A stretch of 64,000 bases of DNA from an uncultured Bacilli bacterium (GTDB lineage: Bacteria; Bacillota_I; Bacilli_A; RF39; UBA660): the NCBI GenBank assembly GCA_947632345.1, contig CANROW010000001.1, forward strand, positions 4,855-68,854, in the 5' to 3' direction. A program made the translations under genes and the position numbers. Under the pieces are notes generated by a model, which was not told the DNA's origin, made no database searches, and saw only the letters and a list, made by a program, of their open reading frames with translations. Shown here piece by piece: positions 19,830 through 30,484 of this stretch; positions within the stretch are counted from its first letter, which is position 1, and every line of letters begins with the position of its first letter.

Positions 19830-20684
19830 TCAATCACCACCATATACATCAATGACAATTTTATCTAAAACTGTTTTTATATTAACATTATACTTTAAAT
19901 ATTCCATATTACGGCAAATTGCATCAACTTTTTTCATCAATAAACTGTTGTTTTTTTCAAAATTAATATCAGCTAAATCATTATGTTCATAATAATTGTA
20001 TCTATCATCAATACCATTATTAAAATGCAATAAATCGCTATATATCTTTTCTACATTTTCTAAAATACTCATTAATTTCATACGATCATAATTATCTTCT
20101 AGAATTAAATTATATAGATATGGTAACGCTTTTTCTTTATATTTTTCAATTATATCAACTATTCTATAACTGATATCATCTTTTTGTATTTCTTCGTACT
20201 TCTTCTTTTTTAAAGTTATGTTAATACAACGCGATACAATAGTTTTTATGACAGAATACTTGTTTTTTGTAAGTAACAAAGCTATTATACCACTCTCTGG
20301 CTCCTCTAAAAACTTTAAAAGAGTATTAGCTGATTCCTTATTTAATTTTGAAGCATCCTCTATTATATATATTTTTAATTTATTATCAAAAGATTCTTTA
20401 CGAAAATCCTCTTGAATATCAAGTATTTGTTCTTTTTTTATCCAAAGACCATCATTTCTAATTCTTTTAATATTGGGATACGTTTCATTATCTATTAATT
20501 CTGAAAGATAATTATCAGATTCTTTTCTTATTAATAAAGCTTTACAAATTCTTTTTATAAACTGATCAACATCTAAATTATCATCTATTTCAAACATATA
20601 AGCATGGCTAATCTTATCTTCTACAATAGCATTATTAAATATTGAATAGAATTCTTTGTATTCATCTTTATAAACTTCTAACAT
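19830..20684 (-). CDS. holB: DNA polymerase III delta-prime subunit
   Basis: Clamp-loader-like domain (HAYMFE, SANTLLKFLEEP) of delta-prime length. Position upstream of ricT as in Bacillus. Confidence 0.7.
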   Translation of the reverse strand: MLEVYKDEYKEFYSIFNNAIVEDKISHAYMFEIDDNLDVDQFIKRICKALLIRKESDNYLSELIDNETYPNIKRIRNDGLWIKKEQILDIQEDFRKESFDNKLKIYIIEDASKLNKESANTLLKFLEEPESGIIALLLTKNKYSVIKTIVSRCINITLKKKKYEEIQKDDISYRIVDIIEKYKEKALPYLYNLILEDNYDRMKLMSILENVEKIYSDLLHFNNGIDDRYNYYEHNDLADINFEKNNSLLMKKVDAICRNMEYLKYNVNIKTVLDKIVIDVYGGD

Positions 20685-20692
20685 AATACCTC

Positions 20693-20872
20693 CTAAAACA
20701 ATATTATTAAAGATAGGATTAACATTGCTAAACCAGGCAAATCCAATAAATAAACCACTATTAAAGTAACAATATTTATTGGTATTATCAAATTAAAATT
20801 AATTCCAATTTTATTAAACCAATATAGTAAAAAAAAGCTTAAAATTATTTTCTGCAAGAATTTTTTAACCAT
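20693..20872 (-). CDS. Small membrane protein, BofA-like (pro-sigmaK processing inhibitor family); it is below the 60-aa cutoff of the ORF track
   Basis: 59 aa: MVKKFLQKIILSFFLLYWFNKIGINFNLIIPINIVTLIVVYLLDLPGLAMLILSLIILF. It has two TMs. The C-terminal PIN.VT...L.LPG.A pattern resembles BofA. It occupies the recR-downstream position where Bacillus has bofA. A TAGGTG ribosome-binding site lies upstream. Confidence 0.4.
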   Translation of the reverse strand: MVKKFLQKIILSFFLLYWFNKIGINFNLIIPINIVTLIVVYLLDLPGLAMLILSLIILF

Positions 20873-20909
20873 AAAAACACCTAATAAAATTTATGATTAT
20901 GATTATCTA

Positions 20910-21506
20910 TTATTCTATTTCTTTTCTATCATTTAAAGCTCTTTCCAATGTAATAGCATCAATATACTCGATATCTGCGCCAATAGGAATACCACTAGCA
21001 ATCCTAGTAACCTTAATATTAAGTCCCTCTAATATTTTCTTTATATAAAGGCTAGTCGTCTCTCCTTCAATACTAGGTTTAACTGCAATTATTACCTCTT
21101 TAAAATTATTTTCTTTAATTCTTTTTAGTAATTTTTCTAAACCAATATCTTCCGGATTAATACCATCTAGTGGTGAAATTAAATTATCAATTATGTGATA
21201 ATAACCATTATAACTACCTAGTTTCTCAAACAAAAAAATACTTTTCTTGTCTTCAACCACACACAATAAATCTTTATTTCTACTTTCACTAGCACATATT
21301 GAACATATCTCATCTTCAGTAATATTTGAACAAATTGGGCATTTTTTAATTTTACTTTTGGCTTCTTTTATACTATTAGTAAAAAAATCTGCTTTTTCAT
21401 CATCTAAATCTAACACAAAAAAGGCCATTCTTTCAGCTGTTTTTTCTCCTATACCAGGCAACAACTTAAAACTTTCAATTAAATTTCTTAAACTATTTGG
21501 ATACAT
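20910..21506 (-). CDS. recR: Recombination protein RecR
   Basis: Helix-hairpin-helix motif (LPGIGEKTAERMAF), C4 zinc finger (CPICSN...CSIC) and Toprim domain. Confidence 0.9.
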   Translation of the reverse strand: MYPNSLRNLIESFKLLPGIGEKTAERMAFFVLDLDDEKADFFTNSIKEAKSKIKKCPICSNITEDEICSICASESRNKDLLCVVEDKKSIFLFEKLGSYNGYYHIIDNLISPLDGINPEDIGLEKLLKRIKENNFKEVIIAVKPSIEGETTSLYIKKILEGLNIKVTRIASGIPIGADIEYIDAITLERALNDRKEIE

Positions 21507-21805
21507 TAAAACAATCCTGGCATTCCATTTGCAAATTTACCCATTTTTTCTTCAGTCATCTTATCAACTTTTTTCATAGCGTCATTAACAGCTATCATAA
21601 TCATATCCTGCAATGCTTCAATATCATCACTTTCTAAAGATGAAGATTTATCTATTATTACTTCAAGTATTTGTTTCTTACCATTCATCTTTACTTTTAC
21701 TAGTGAATTTTCACCCTCAAATATTGTTGAATTAATCTTTTCTTGTTCCTTCAACATGTCCTTTTGTAAACTTTGAGCTTGTTTTAAAAGCGCCTGCATA
21801 TTCAT
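21506..21805 (-). CDS. ebfC: Nucleoid-associated protein YbaB/EbfC
   Basis: 99 aa with the YbaB family pattern (MNMQALLKQAQ...GMPGLF). It lies between dnaX and recR. Confidence 0.85.
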   Translation of the reverse strand: MNMQALLKQAQSLQKDMLKEQEKINSTIFEGENSLVKVKMNGKKQILEVIIDKSSSLESDDIEALQDMIMIAVNDAMKKVDKMTEEKMGKFANGMPGLF

Positions 21806-21806
21806 A

Positions 21807-23444
21807 TTATAAATTCTCCTTTATCTCAATTTTACTCATATCAAATAATTCATTTGCTCTTTTTAATAAATTGCTATGAACTATTTGGCTCGAAGAATCA
21901 GCTTCATCATCTTTCTTTACCAATTCCTCAATATACTTATATTGTACATTATTTTTTATATTTTCTACATATTCTTTTTTAATTTTTAACCATTCATTGC
22001 TGGTTACAAAAATTAATTTTAATTCATAGTTCAAAATTTTACTTAAAGTTCTCTCATATTTGTCAATATACATATTTCCTTTTTCAACAAAAGAATCATA
22101 ACTATAACCCAATATTAAGTACTTAGGACTAGCTGCTAGAGGAATAGCATCTAAAAGCTCACAAACCAAAGCACCAAATTCTTTGTCAAAGGTATAATCA
22201 TTAAGTTTTTTCCAATTATTCTTAATATCAACTAAAATCTGCTTATTAACTTCAACAAACGTATTATTAATCCTAATATTTTTAAAATTATCGTCATTTT
22301 TCCAAGAAACTACTTTATTTTCAGATTCTTGTTGCAAAGTTTCATGTTCATTATTCAATATTATATTAGTTGCTTTATTTGATTCCGATATTTCTTCAGA
22401 TTTATTATTAATATTTATTTCCTGCTTCAAGACTTCTTGGCCTTCACAAATTTTATATATAGATATTTCGAAATATATTTTTCCTAAAGAAGCATCATGC
22501 ATATGATCAGCCGTTTCAAGCAGCGTCTCAACAATCGAACAAATGTTTTTGTTTTTGCTTTTTAACATTTTCTCCCTTAAGTTGCAAATAATCTTTTCAC
22601 AAATCTTCACTAGATCTTTTCCAGAATCATAATATTCATTAATTAATTGCAATACTGTATCCCTTTTCTTTTCAACAATTAGATCTGCTAAAAAATCAAT
22701 TTCATTATTTGATATAATACCGTTTATTGCAAAAATATCTTCATCAGTTATTTTATTATTAGTGTAAGAAGTTGCCATATCTAATAGGCTAATTGCGTCT
22801 CTTAAACCACCATCAGAGACATTAACTATCTCTTGAATGGCATCATCAGTTATGTCTATTTTTTCTAAATTGCTAATTTCTTTTAAACGTGCAAACATAT
22901 CTTTATTATTAATCTTTTTAAATTCAATAGTTTGACATCTTGAAACAATCGTACTAGGCACTTTATATAATTCCGTAGTAGCTAAAATAAAAATAATATG
23001 TTCTGGAGGCTCTTCAAGTGTTTTTAATAAAGCATTAAAAGCCGCATTTGATAACATATGAACTTCATCAATAATATATACTTTATATTTTAATACAGAA
23101 GGAATTAAATTAACTTTGCTTTTTAGTTCTCTTATTTCATCAACACCATTATTAGAAGCTGCATCTATTTCTAAAATATCAACACAATTATTATCAAAAG
23201 AGTTCTTACAAGCTAAACATTCACCACATGGTACACCATCTTTAATATTTTCACAATTGACCATTCTCGCAAATATTTTAGCAGTACTAGTTTTTCCGCA
23301 GCCTCTCGATCCAGTAAATAAGTAAGCATGACCAAACTTTTTATTTTCAACAGCATTTTTTAAAATATTAACAGCAACTGGTTGTCCATATATTTCATTC
23401 AAATTTTTAGGGCGATATTTTCTATATAACGCTTGATAGCCCAT
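21807..23444 (-). CDS. dnaX: DNA polymerase III subunit tau/gamma
   Basis: AAA+ Walker A (GSRGCGKTS), a zinc module (CGECLAC), and Walker B (IIDEVHML). The start was set at MGYQALYRKYRP because a GAAGGAGG ribosome-binding site precedes it. Confidence 0.9.
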   Translation of the reverse strand: MGYQALYRKYRPKNLNEIYGQPVAVNILKNAVENKKFGHAYLFTGSRGCGKTSTAKIFARMVNCENIKDGVPCGECLACKNSFDNNCVDILEIDAASNNGVDEIRELKSKVNLIPSVLKYKVYIIDEVHMLSNAAFNALLKTLEEPPEHIIFILATTELYKVPSTIVSRCQTIEFKKINNKDMFARLKEISNLEKIDITDDAIQEIVNVSDGGLRDAISLLDMATSYTNNKITDEDIFAINGIISNNEIDFLADLIVEKKRDTVLQLINEYYDSGKDLVKICEKIICNLREKMLKSKNKNICSIVETLLETADHMHDASLGKIYFEISIYKICEGQEVLKQEININNKSEEISESNKATNIILNNEHETLQQESENKVVSWKNDDNFKNIRINNTFVEVNKQILVDIKNNWKKLNDYTFDKEFGALVCELLDAIPLAASPKYLILGYSYDSFVEKGNMYIDKYERTLSKILNYELKLIFVTSNEWLKIKKEYVENIKNNVQYKYIEELVKKDDEADSSSQIVHSNLLKRANELFDMSKIEIKENL

Positions 23445-23549
23445 ATTTCCAAACCTCCTTCTTATCAATTATTATAACATTATCTTTTATTAAAAAAAAT
23501 TAATTTATTAATCATTTAGAGTAAATATTTTATTATTAACGCCAAAAAT

Positions 23550-23563
23550 ATTTCCCGGGAAAT
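23550..23563. promoter_or_regulatory. Noc-binding site, perfect ATTTCCCGGGAAAT
   Basis: Exact 14-bp palindrome. Confidence 0.75.
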
Positions 23564-23588
23564 AATTTTTATCAAATTAAAAATATAA

Positions 23589-23604
23589 TGTTTCACGTGA
23601 AACA
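23589..23604. promoter_or_regulatory. parS site, perfect TGTTTCACGTGAAACA
   Basis: Exact 16-bp palindrome matching the Firmicute parS consensus tGTTNCACGTGAAAca. Confidence 0.8.
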
Positions 23605-23739
23605 TAAAAATATAAAATAAAATATTTCAAGCAAATTATAATAATAATATTTATAAATATTTTTATATAATTAAAAAAGCATAATTACATAAATAACTCA
23701 AATGGCTTTCATATCATTAAATAAATGAGACTTAAAATT

Positions 23740-23752
23740 ATTTCCGGGAAAT
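23740..23752. promoter_or_regulatory. Noc-binding-site variant ATTTCCGGGAAAT, with one C deleted
   Basis: 13-bp version of the NBS palindrome. Confidence 0.5.
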
Positions 23753-23778
23753 AATTTAGCACTAGATCAATAATTAAA

Positions 23779-23794
23779 TGTTTCACGTGAAACA
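23779..23794. promoter_or_regulatory. parS site, perfect
   Basis: TGTTTCACGTGAAACA exact. Confidence 0.8.
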
Positions 23795-23801
23795 AAAAAA
23801 T

Positions 23802-23815
23802 ATTTCCTGGGAAAT
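23802..23815. promoter_or_regulatory. Noc-binding-site variant ATTTCCTGGGAAAT, with one mismatch
   Basis: One substitution relative to the NBS palindrome. It lies 8 bp downstream of the adjacent parS. Confidence 0.55.
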
Positions 23816-24029
23816 ATTTTTTGTACATTTTTAGACACGTTAATTTACAAATTATTTATAAAAATTTACATATAATTATTTTTAGGTTTTATAAATTTTT
23901 AGTATTTAAAAATGAGAATTATATGTTTTTTGCAAAAAAATGTTTTACATATTAATTTGTAAAAAATATCTTTTATATTAAGAAAAAAACGTAAAATATT
24001 GTATATTTTATATCAAAATGCATAATTAA

Positions 24030-24045
24030 TGTTTCACGTGAAACA
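24030..24045. promoter_or_regulatory. parS site, perfect
   Basis: TGTTTCACGTGAAACA exact. Confidence 0.8.
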
Positions 24046-24129
24046 TTATATAAAAATTTTTTTTATTTAAATTAACATTTTAAATATACAAATTTTTATA
24101 ACATTTTAAAAGTTTTGATCAACAAAATT

Positions 24130-24143
24130 ATTTCCCGGGAAAT
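24130..24143. promoter_or_regulatory. Noc-binding site, perfect
   Basis: ATTTCCCGGGAAAT exact. Confidence 0.75.
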
Positions 24144-24170
24144 AATTTAGAATTAGATTAATAATTATAA

Positions 24171-24186
24171 TGTTTCACGTGAAACA
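24171..24186. promoter_or_regulatory. parS site, perfect
   Basis: TGTTTCACGTGAAACA exact. Confidence 0.8.
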
Positions 24187-24194
24187 TAAAAAAT

Positions 24195-24208
24195 ATTTCC
24201 CGGGAAAT
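24195..24208. promoter_or_regulatory. Noc-binding site, perfect
   Basis: ATTTCCCGGGAAAT exact. It lies 8 bp downstream of the parS and immediately 3' of the tadA stop codon. Confidence 0.75.
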
Positions 24209-24212
24209 ATTT

Positions 24213-24659
24213 TTATTTATTTCTTTTGTTATAAAAAAAGATATTTATGAGATTTGAACATTCTTCTGAACAACAATTTTTAACCCAATTAATTTTTTTT
24301 AAAATATCAAAGCTAATATTTCTAGTTTCTAAATTATTATTAACGGCTCCTGTAATAATTCTTTTTATTCGCGATTGCTCAATAGCGCTTGCACACATAG
24401 GACATGGTTCTAATGTTATATATATTTCACAATCTTCTAATCGCCAATTGTTCAATTTTTTGTTTGCTTTATTAATGGCAATAATTTCAGCATGATCAAC
24501 TACTCTGTTGCTCATATTGCGAGTATTATAGGCTTTCGCTATTATTTTATTATCTTTTACGATAACAGCTCCTACAGGTATTTCATCTTTGTCCAATGCT
24601 TTTTTTGCTTCTTTTAAAGCAATCTTCATATATTTCTCATCATTCATAATTAACTCCAT
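24213..24659 (-). CDS. tadA: tRNA-specific adenosine deaminase
   Basis: CMP/dCMP deaminase zinc motifs (HAEIIAI, PCPMCASA). Confidence 0.85.
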   Translation of the reverse strand: MELIMNDEKYMKIALKEAKKALDKDEIPVGAVIVKDNKIIAKAYNTRNMSNRVVDHAEIIAINKANKKLNNWRLEDCEIYITLEPCPMCASAIEQSRIKRIITGAVNNNLETRNISFDILKKINWVKNCCSEECSNLINIFFYNKRNK

Positions 24660-24666
24660 AAAAAAT

Positions 24667-24740
24667 GATGCACATATATATAATTAGTTAAGGCTGCTAC
24701 CTTCCGATCCTGACCTGGTTCCCAACATATACATTGCATC
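24667..24740 (-). ncRNA. ffs: Small (4.5S-type) signal recognition particle RNA
   Basis: The minus-strand sequence GATGCAATGTATATGTTGGGAACCAGGTCAGGATCGGAAGGTAGCAGCCTTAACTAATTATATATATGTGCATC contains the SRP domain-IV consensus (CCAGGUCAGG..CGGAAGG.AGCAGCC). The two ends pair (GATGCA with TGCATC). A TTTTT run follows. Upstream are a TTGAAA -35, a 17-bp spacer and a TATATT -10. Confidence 0.65.
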
Positions 24741-24789
24741 GTTATTAATATATACTATTTATTCTTTTTTTTCAAGAAAAAGAGGAACT

Positions 24790-27285
24790 TTATTCTTCCT
24801 CTTCAATAAATTCATTATTATCAGAATCATCAAGGCTTGATTCATTACTTGTTTCATCATCAGCAGTTTTGATTAAGGTTGTTACTGTAGAAACTTTTTG
24901 ATTATCTTTTAAATGAATTAATCTTACTCCTTGTGTATTTCTACCTAATGTTGAAACTTGCTCCATAGCGATTCTTATAATAATACCATTATCAGTTATT
25001 ATAACTAAATCTTCGTTTCCTTCAACACATCTCAATGAAACCATTGATCCTGTTTTCTCTGTTGTATTTAGTGCTTTAACACCTTTGCTGCCACGATGAG
25101 TTAATCGATACTCACCAGCATTTGTTCTCTTACCATATCCATTTTCCGTAACAATGAGAATATGTTTATCTTCAGTAACAACTTCTGCTCCGACAACGGA
25201 ATATTGATTTTCAAATTCAATAGCTTTGACTCCTGAACTGCTGCGTCCCATAACTCTAACTTCATTTTCATCAAATCTTACCATTCGACCATTATTAGCA
25301 CCAACAGCTATCTGTTTTGTACCATCAGACTTACGAACAGAAATCAATTCATCATTTTCTTTCAACACAATAGCTTTTTTACCATTATTCCTAATATTAT
25401 CAAATTCCTCTAAAGCAGTACGTTTAATTACACCTTTTTTCGTAACAAATACTAAATATTTATTCTCTTCATTTTCAGCTTTAACCATAACCATTGATGT
25501 AATCTTTTCATCCTTTTCTAATGGTAATAAATTAACTATTGGTAGTCCTTTTGATTGTCGACTAAATTCTGGGACTTCATATCCTTTCATTCGGTATACT
25601 TTACCCAAATTACTAAACATCAATATATAATCATGTGTCTTCATAGAAATTAATTTTTCTGGGAAGTCTTCTTCATTAGTTCCCATACCTTTAATTCCTA
25701 CGCCACCACGGTTTTGCACTTTAAATGTGTCATTTTGTACACGTTTGATGTACCCCTTATTTGTCAACGTAATAATTATATCTTCAACCGGTATTAATGA
25801 TTCATCTTCTATATAGTCAATTGCGGTCATATCAATGCTTGTCCGTCTCTCATCAGCATATTTGCTCTTTATATCAAGAAGTTCATCCTTAATTACAGCT
25901 AAAATATTCTTTTCACTTGATAAGATTAATCTTAAGCGATCAATTTCTTTTAATAAATCAGCAAGTTCACTTTCAATCTTAGCTCTTTCTAATCCAGTTA
26001 AACGTCGTAACTTCATTTCTAGGATAGCATCGGCTTGAAGTTCATCTAAATTAAAGTTACTTTGTAAACTTGCCTTAGCAATTTCATCACTTTCTGAATC
26101 TCTAATAATCTTAATAACACGATCCAAATTATCTAGGGCTATTTTAAATCCCTCTAATATATGAACTCTTGCTTCAGCTTTTTTCAATTCAAATTGCGTT
26201 CTTCTAATTATTACTTCTTTTTGATATTCAATATATTTAGAAATAATATCTTTTAATCCTAAAGTTTTTGGTGTTCCATTATCAAGCATTAAGAAGATGA
26301 TTCCGAAGCTTGTTTGAAAGGCCGTATGCTTAAACAAATTATTTAAAACAACTTGTGGATTTGCATCTTTTTTCAAAGTAATTGTTATTTTTATACCATC
26401 TTTTAGATCAGTATGGTAATCAGATATACCTTCAATTACTTTATTATGAACTAAATCAGCCACTTTTTTCTTAAGTTCTGAAGTATTAACGCCATATGGT
26501 ACTTCATCAATTATAATAGCGTTATGACCATTTGTCTCTTCAATACGCGCTCTACTTCTTATGGTAATTGTACCTTTACCAGTTTCATACGCTTGCCTAA
26601 TACCAGAATTTCCTAAAATGATACCACCAGTTGGGAAATCTGGACCTTTTATGTATTGCATCAATCCTAAAGTATCAATTTCAGGATTATCAATATAAGC
26701 AACACATCCATCAATTACTTCACCTAAATTATGTGGAGGAATATTAGTCGCCATTCCAACAGCGATTCCCATCGTTCCATTGACCAAAATATTTGGGAAT
26801 CTTGAAGGCAATATTTCCGGTTCCCTTTCACTTTCATCAAAGTTAGGAACAAAATTTACTGTATCTTTATTAATATCTCTTAACAATTCCAATGAAATCT
26901 TTGATAATTTTGACTCGGTATAACGCATAGCTGCGGCTCCATAACCTTCAATGTTACCAAAATTACCATGACCATCAACTAACATATAACGGTAGCTGAA
27001 ATCTTGGGCCATCCGCACCATTGCTTCATAGATTGAACTATCACCGTGTGGATGATATTTTCCCATAACCTCACCCACAATTCTTGCACTTTTGCGGTGT
27101 GGCTTATCAGGGGTATAACCTGTATCATACATTGAATATAAAATTCTTCTGTGAACTGGCTTTAAACCATCTCTTAAGTCTGGTAGAGCCCGTTGAACAA
27201 TTACACTCATTGAATATTCAAGAAAGGATGTTTCAACTTCACTTACTATGTTATTCTCTTCTAATCTATCTCTATTATGATCCAT
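24790..27285 (-). CDS. gyrA: DNA gyrase subunit A
   Basis: 831 aa. Active-site region AAMRYTE, the QRDR-like segment [17 protein letters not shown], and C-terminal beta-pinwheel repeats. Confidence 0.95.
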   Translation of the reverse strand: MDHNRDRLEENNIVSEVETSFLEYSMSVIVQRALPDLRDGLKPVHRRILYSMYDTGYTPDKPHRKSARIVGEVMGKYHPHGDSSIYEAMVRMAQDFSYRYMLVDGHGNFGNIEGYGAAAMRYTESKLSKISLELLRDINKDTVNFVPNFDESEREPEILPSRFPNILVNGTMGIAVGMATNIPPHNLGEVIDGCVAYIDNPEIDTLGLMQYIKGPDFPTGGIILGNSGIRQAYETGKGTITIRSRARIEETNGHNAIIIDEVPYGVNTSELKKKVADLVHNKVIEGISDYHTDLKDGIKITITLKKDANPQVVLNNLFKHTAFQTSFGIIFLMLDNGTPKTLGLKDIISKYIEYQKEVIIRRTQFELKKAEARVHILEGFKIALDNLDRVIKIIRDSESDEIAKASLQSNFNLDELQADAILEMKLRRLTGLERAKIESELADLLKEIDRLRLILSSEKNILAVIKDELLDIKSKYADERRTSIDMTAIDYIEDESLIPVEDIIITLTNKGYIKRVQNDTFKVQNRGGVGIKGMGTNEEDFPEKLISMKTHDYILMFSNLGKVYRMKGYEVPEFSRQSKGLPIVNLLPLEKDEKITSMVMVKAENEENKYLVFVTKKGVIKRTALEEFDNIRNNGKKAIVLKENDELISVRKSDGTKQIAVGANNGRMVRFDENEVRVMGRSSSGVKAIEFENQYSVVGAEVVTEDKHILIVTENGYGKRTNAGEYRLTHRGSKGVKALNTTEKTGSMVSLRCVEGNEDLVIITDNGIIIRIAMEQVSTLGRNTQGVRLIHLKDNQKVSTVTTLIKTADDETSNESSLDDSDNNEFIEEEE

Positions 27286-27298
27286 ATCCTAAAACCTC

Positions 27299-29236
27299 CT
27301 AAACATCCAAATTTTCAACATATACAGCATTTTCTTCGATAAATTTTCTTCTAGGTTCAACTTCTTCACCCATCAATTTTTCAAAGACTGTATCAGCTGC
27401 CATTGTATCCTCTACTGTAATTTTTCTTAAAATTCTTTTATTAATATCCATTGTTGTTTCATTTAATTCTTCAGCATCCATCTCTCCTAAACCTTTCATA
27501 CGCATGATATCATACTTTGTATTAGGTGAAAGACTAGCTAAATACTCATCTCGTTCTTGTTCATTTAATACATATTTTATTGTCTTACCGTGTTTAATGC
27601 AAAATAATGGTGGTTGGGCAGCATAGACATGTCCTGCTTCAACAATTGGTCTAAAGAATCGATAGAACAACGTTAACAACAATACTCTTATGTGTGAACC
27701 ATCAACATCGGCATCAGTCATAATAATAATTTTGTGATAACGCAATTTTGATAGATCAAAATCTTCACCAATTCCAGTACCAAACGCTGTTATTATGGTT
27801 CTTATTTCTTCATTGCTAAGAGCCTTATCAAGCCTTGCTTTCTCAACATTTAAGATTTTTCCACGCAATGGCAAAATGGCCTGTGTCATCGAATTTCTTC
27901 CTTTAATGGCACTTCCACCAGCCGAATCTCCCTCGACTAAGAATATTTCACAAACATCTGGATTTTTATCCTTACAATCAACAAGTTTTCCACCAAAGTT
28001 AACAACATCTAAATCACTTTTACGTCTAGTCAATTCTCTTGCTCTTTTAGCAGCTATTCTAGCTCTTGATGCTGTCATCGATTTATCGATGATAATTCTT
28101 GCTTCTTCCGGATTTTCTAATAGAAATCTCTCTAAGGCATCTGCAAAAATTTTATCAGCAATACTACGAACTTCAGCATTTCCTAATTTTGTCTTAGTTT
28201 GTCCTTCAAATTGGGGATTTGGATGTTTACAAGAAATTATCATCGTAATTCCTTCTCTTACATCCTCACCAGATAGCGGTTCATCCTTTTCCTTTAACAT
28301 ATTACTTGCTATTGCATACTTATTTAACACCCTCGTCAAAGCCCGTCTTACACCATCTTCGTGGGTTCCACCTTCAGGAGTTGTTATATTGTTAACAAAT
28401 GAATAAATACTTGAATTATAACTTTCATTGTATTGTAGCGCCACTTCAATTGAAATATCATTCTCTTCACCAGAAACATCAATAATAGTTTCATGAATTG
28501 GTGTCTTGTTTTCATTCAACATTTTAACATATTCTACGATACCACCCTCATACATGAATGAATCTTTTCTATCGGTTTCTCTTTCATCAAATAAGTTAAT
28601 TTTCAATCCCTTATTTAAAAATGATAATTCACGCAACCTATTTCTTAATGTATCGTAATTAAAGACTGTCGTTTCTGTAAAAATCTCTTTATCCGGCTTA
28701 AATCTTACAGATGTACCAGTTCTCTCTTCAGGACATTCATCAATAATTTTTAAGTCTTCAACAGGATGACCACCATTGACAAATTTTTGGTAATAAACTT
28801 TTCCATCACGATAAACTTTTACCTCTAACCATTCACTTAACGCATTTACGACACTAGCTCCAACTCCGTGAAGTCCTCCTGATACTTTGTATCCTCCTCC
28901 ACCAAATTTTCCACCAGCGTGCAATACTGTATAAATAGTCTCTACTGTTGATTTACCAGTTTTTGGATGAATTCCAACAGGTACTCCCCTACCATTATCA
29001 ATAACTGTTATTGTATTTTCTTTTCCTACTATGACATCAATATTATTGGCATAGCCTGCTAAAGCTTCATCAATTGAGTTATCAACTATTTCCCAAACTA
29101 AATGGTGAAGTCCTCTTTCACTAGTAGTACCAATGTACATACCTGGTCTTTTTCTTACTGCTTCCAATCCTTCTAGTACTTGTATTGATGACGAATCATA
29201 TACATTATCTTTCTTGTCTTCCATTACTCTCTCCAC
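27299..29236 (-). CDS. gyrB: DNA gyrase subunit B
   Basis: GHKL ATPase motifs, Toprim EGDSAGG, and [12 protein letters not shown]. Confidence 0.95.
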   Translation of the reverse strand: MERVMEDKKDNVYDSSSIQVLEGLEAVRKRPGMYIGTTSERGLHHLVWEIVDNSIDEALAGYANNIDVIVGKENTITVIDNGRGVPVGIHPKTGKSTVETIYTVLHAGGKFGGGGYKVSGGLHGVGASVVNALSEWLEVKVYRDGKVYYQKFVNGGHPVEDLKIIDECPEERTGTSVRFKPDKEIFTETTVFNYDTLRNRLRELSFLNKGLKINLFDERETDRKDSFMYEGGIVEYVKMLNENKTPIHETIIDVSGEENDISIEVALQYNESYNSSIYSFVNNITTPEGGTHEDGVRRALTRVLNKYAIASNMLKEKDEPLSGEDVREGITMIISCKHPNPQFEGQTKTKLGNAEVRSIADKIFADALERFLLENPEEARIIIDKSMTASRARIAAKRARELTRRKSDLDVVNFGGKLVDCKDKNPDVCEIFLVEGDSAGGSAIKGRNSMTQAILPLRGKILNVEKARLDKALSNEEIRTIITAFGTGIGEDFDLSKLRYHKIIIMTDADVDGSHIRVLLLTLFYRFFRPIVEAGHVYAAQPPLFCIKHGKTIKYVLNEQERDEYLASLSPNTKYDIMRMKGLGEMDAEELNETTMDINKRILRKITVEDTMAADTVFEKLMGEEVEPRRKFIEENAVYVENLDV

Positions 29237-30344
29237 CTTTTTCTACTATTTTTCCTTCTTTTATCATATAGATATTAGCATTTTTTAATAATTTTTTACT
29301 AATATCTTTTGTATCGTTAGAGGTTATAATTACTTGGTAACCATTATCTACATAATGAATCAATTTATTTTTCTTTTTCTTATCTAATTCGCTAAAAATG
29401 TCATCCAACAATATTATCGGTTTAGTATTAGTTTTTTCCTCAAATATTGGTATCTCTGATAATTTTAAGGCAATAAAGGCTAACTTTTGTTGACCTTGTG
29501 AACCAAATATTTTTATATCATTACCAGAAATTGTAAACATAATATCATCACGATGTGGTCCATATAGAGTCATTCCCATTGCTATTTCTCTTTGTTGATT
29601 ACGTCTATACTTTTCCTTTAAAGCACTTATAATATTTTGCTCTGTAAAATCTTTAAATTCTACATTAGTTTGATAAATGATATTCAAATCCTCTATACCA
29701 GTAATATCTTTATAAATTGTTGTGATATTATCATCAATTCTCTTTAAAAAGTTTTGTCTTTCAATATAAATATCAACTTCTCTTTGAATGAGATTGTTAG
29801 TTAAAATATCTAAATAACTGTAATCTCCCAAACTATTTGTCAATAATAATTTTAAATAGTCATTACGCATCTTTAATATTTTATTGAATTCATTATATTT
29901 CTTTATGTAATTACTAGATAATTGACTTATTTCAACATTTAAAAAGTTTCTTCTATCTTGAGGAGATCCTTTTATCATTTGTAAATCATCTGGCGACGAT
30001 AAAATGACATATAAATTTCCAATATAATTAGATATTTTATTTATATTGTTATCGTTTATCTTAGCTAATTTATTATTTTTAGACATTTCTAGAGACAATT
30101 TTTTAAAAACTTTATCATCTTTTACTTCTCCAGTAATGATAAATTTTTCTTGATCAAATCTTATTAGATTATAATCATTTGTCGTACGATAAGATTTTGT
30201 TAGAGCTAAAGTATAAATACTTTCAAGTATATTTGTCTTTCCTTGAGCATTATCTCCTATGATTATATTTATATCTTTTGAAAAATTTACTGATAAATTT
30301 CTATAATTTCTAAAATTTACTAACTTTATTTTTCTTAAAATCAA
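29205..30344 (-). CDS. recF: DNA replication and repair protein RecF
   Basis: Walker [10 protein letters not shown], an SMC-like signature, and Walker [11 protein letters not shown]. The 3' end overlaps the gyrB start. Confidence 0.9.
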   Translation of the reverse strand: MILRKIKLVNFRNYRNLSVNFSKDINIIIGDNAQGKTNILESIYTLALTKSYRTTNDYNLIRFDQEKFIITGEVKDDKVFKKLSLEMSKNNKLAKINDNNINKISNYIGNLYVILSSPDDLQMIKGSPQDRRNFLNVEISQLSSNYIKKYNEFNKILKMRNDYLKLLLTNSLGDYSYLDILTNNLIQREVDIYIERQNFLKRIDDNITTIYKDITGIEDLNIIYQTNVEFKDFTEQNIISALKEKYRRNQQREIAMGMTLYGPHRDDIMFTISGNDIKIFGSQGQQKLAFIALKLSEIPIFEEKTNTKPIILLDDIFSELDKKKKNKLIHYVDNGYQVIITSNDTKDISKKLLKNANIYMIKEGKIVEKGGESNGRQER

Positions 30345-30484
30345 TTAAAACCACCATAAATGCCCATATTTTCACCTTAACCCTACTATACTAGTCCTCT
30401 ACATACATTAATATTATACCATATATACCCCTTTAAATAAAGAAAAAAGGTCTTTTTTATTACCTTTTTTAGCTGTTTTTTTTA

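Larger units (their letters stand above)
23545..24212. other. Centromere-like array of four perfect parS sites interleaved with five Noc-binding sites, in repeated NBS-parS-NBS modules
   Basis: 744-bp AT-rich non-coding gap. Two roughly 87-bp modules (23737..23822 and 24126..24212) are near-identical, including the flanks between the palindromes. There is also a partial module (23547..23610) and a solitary parS (24030..24045). Confidence 0.8.

Noticed and set aside
23753-23775. TTAGCACT, a half-site of the HrcA CIRCE operator.
   Set aside because: Only one half-site is present and there is no inverted partner at N9 spacing. It is part of the conserved spacer of the NBS-parS module.
23545-24212. 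Considered whether the repeated palindromes form a CRISPR array or are restriction sites (the cores CCCGGG and CACGTG are SmaI and PmlI sites).
   Set aside because: The repeats are two different perfect palindromes rather than one direct repeat separated by unique spacers. There are no cas genes. The full 14- and 16-bp sequences match the Noc and ParB binding-site consensus sequences, not just 6-bp restriction cores.
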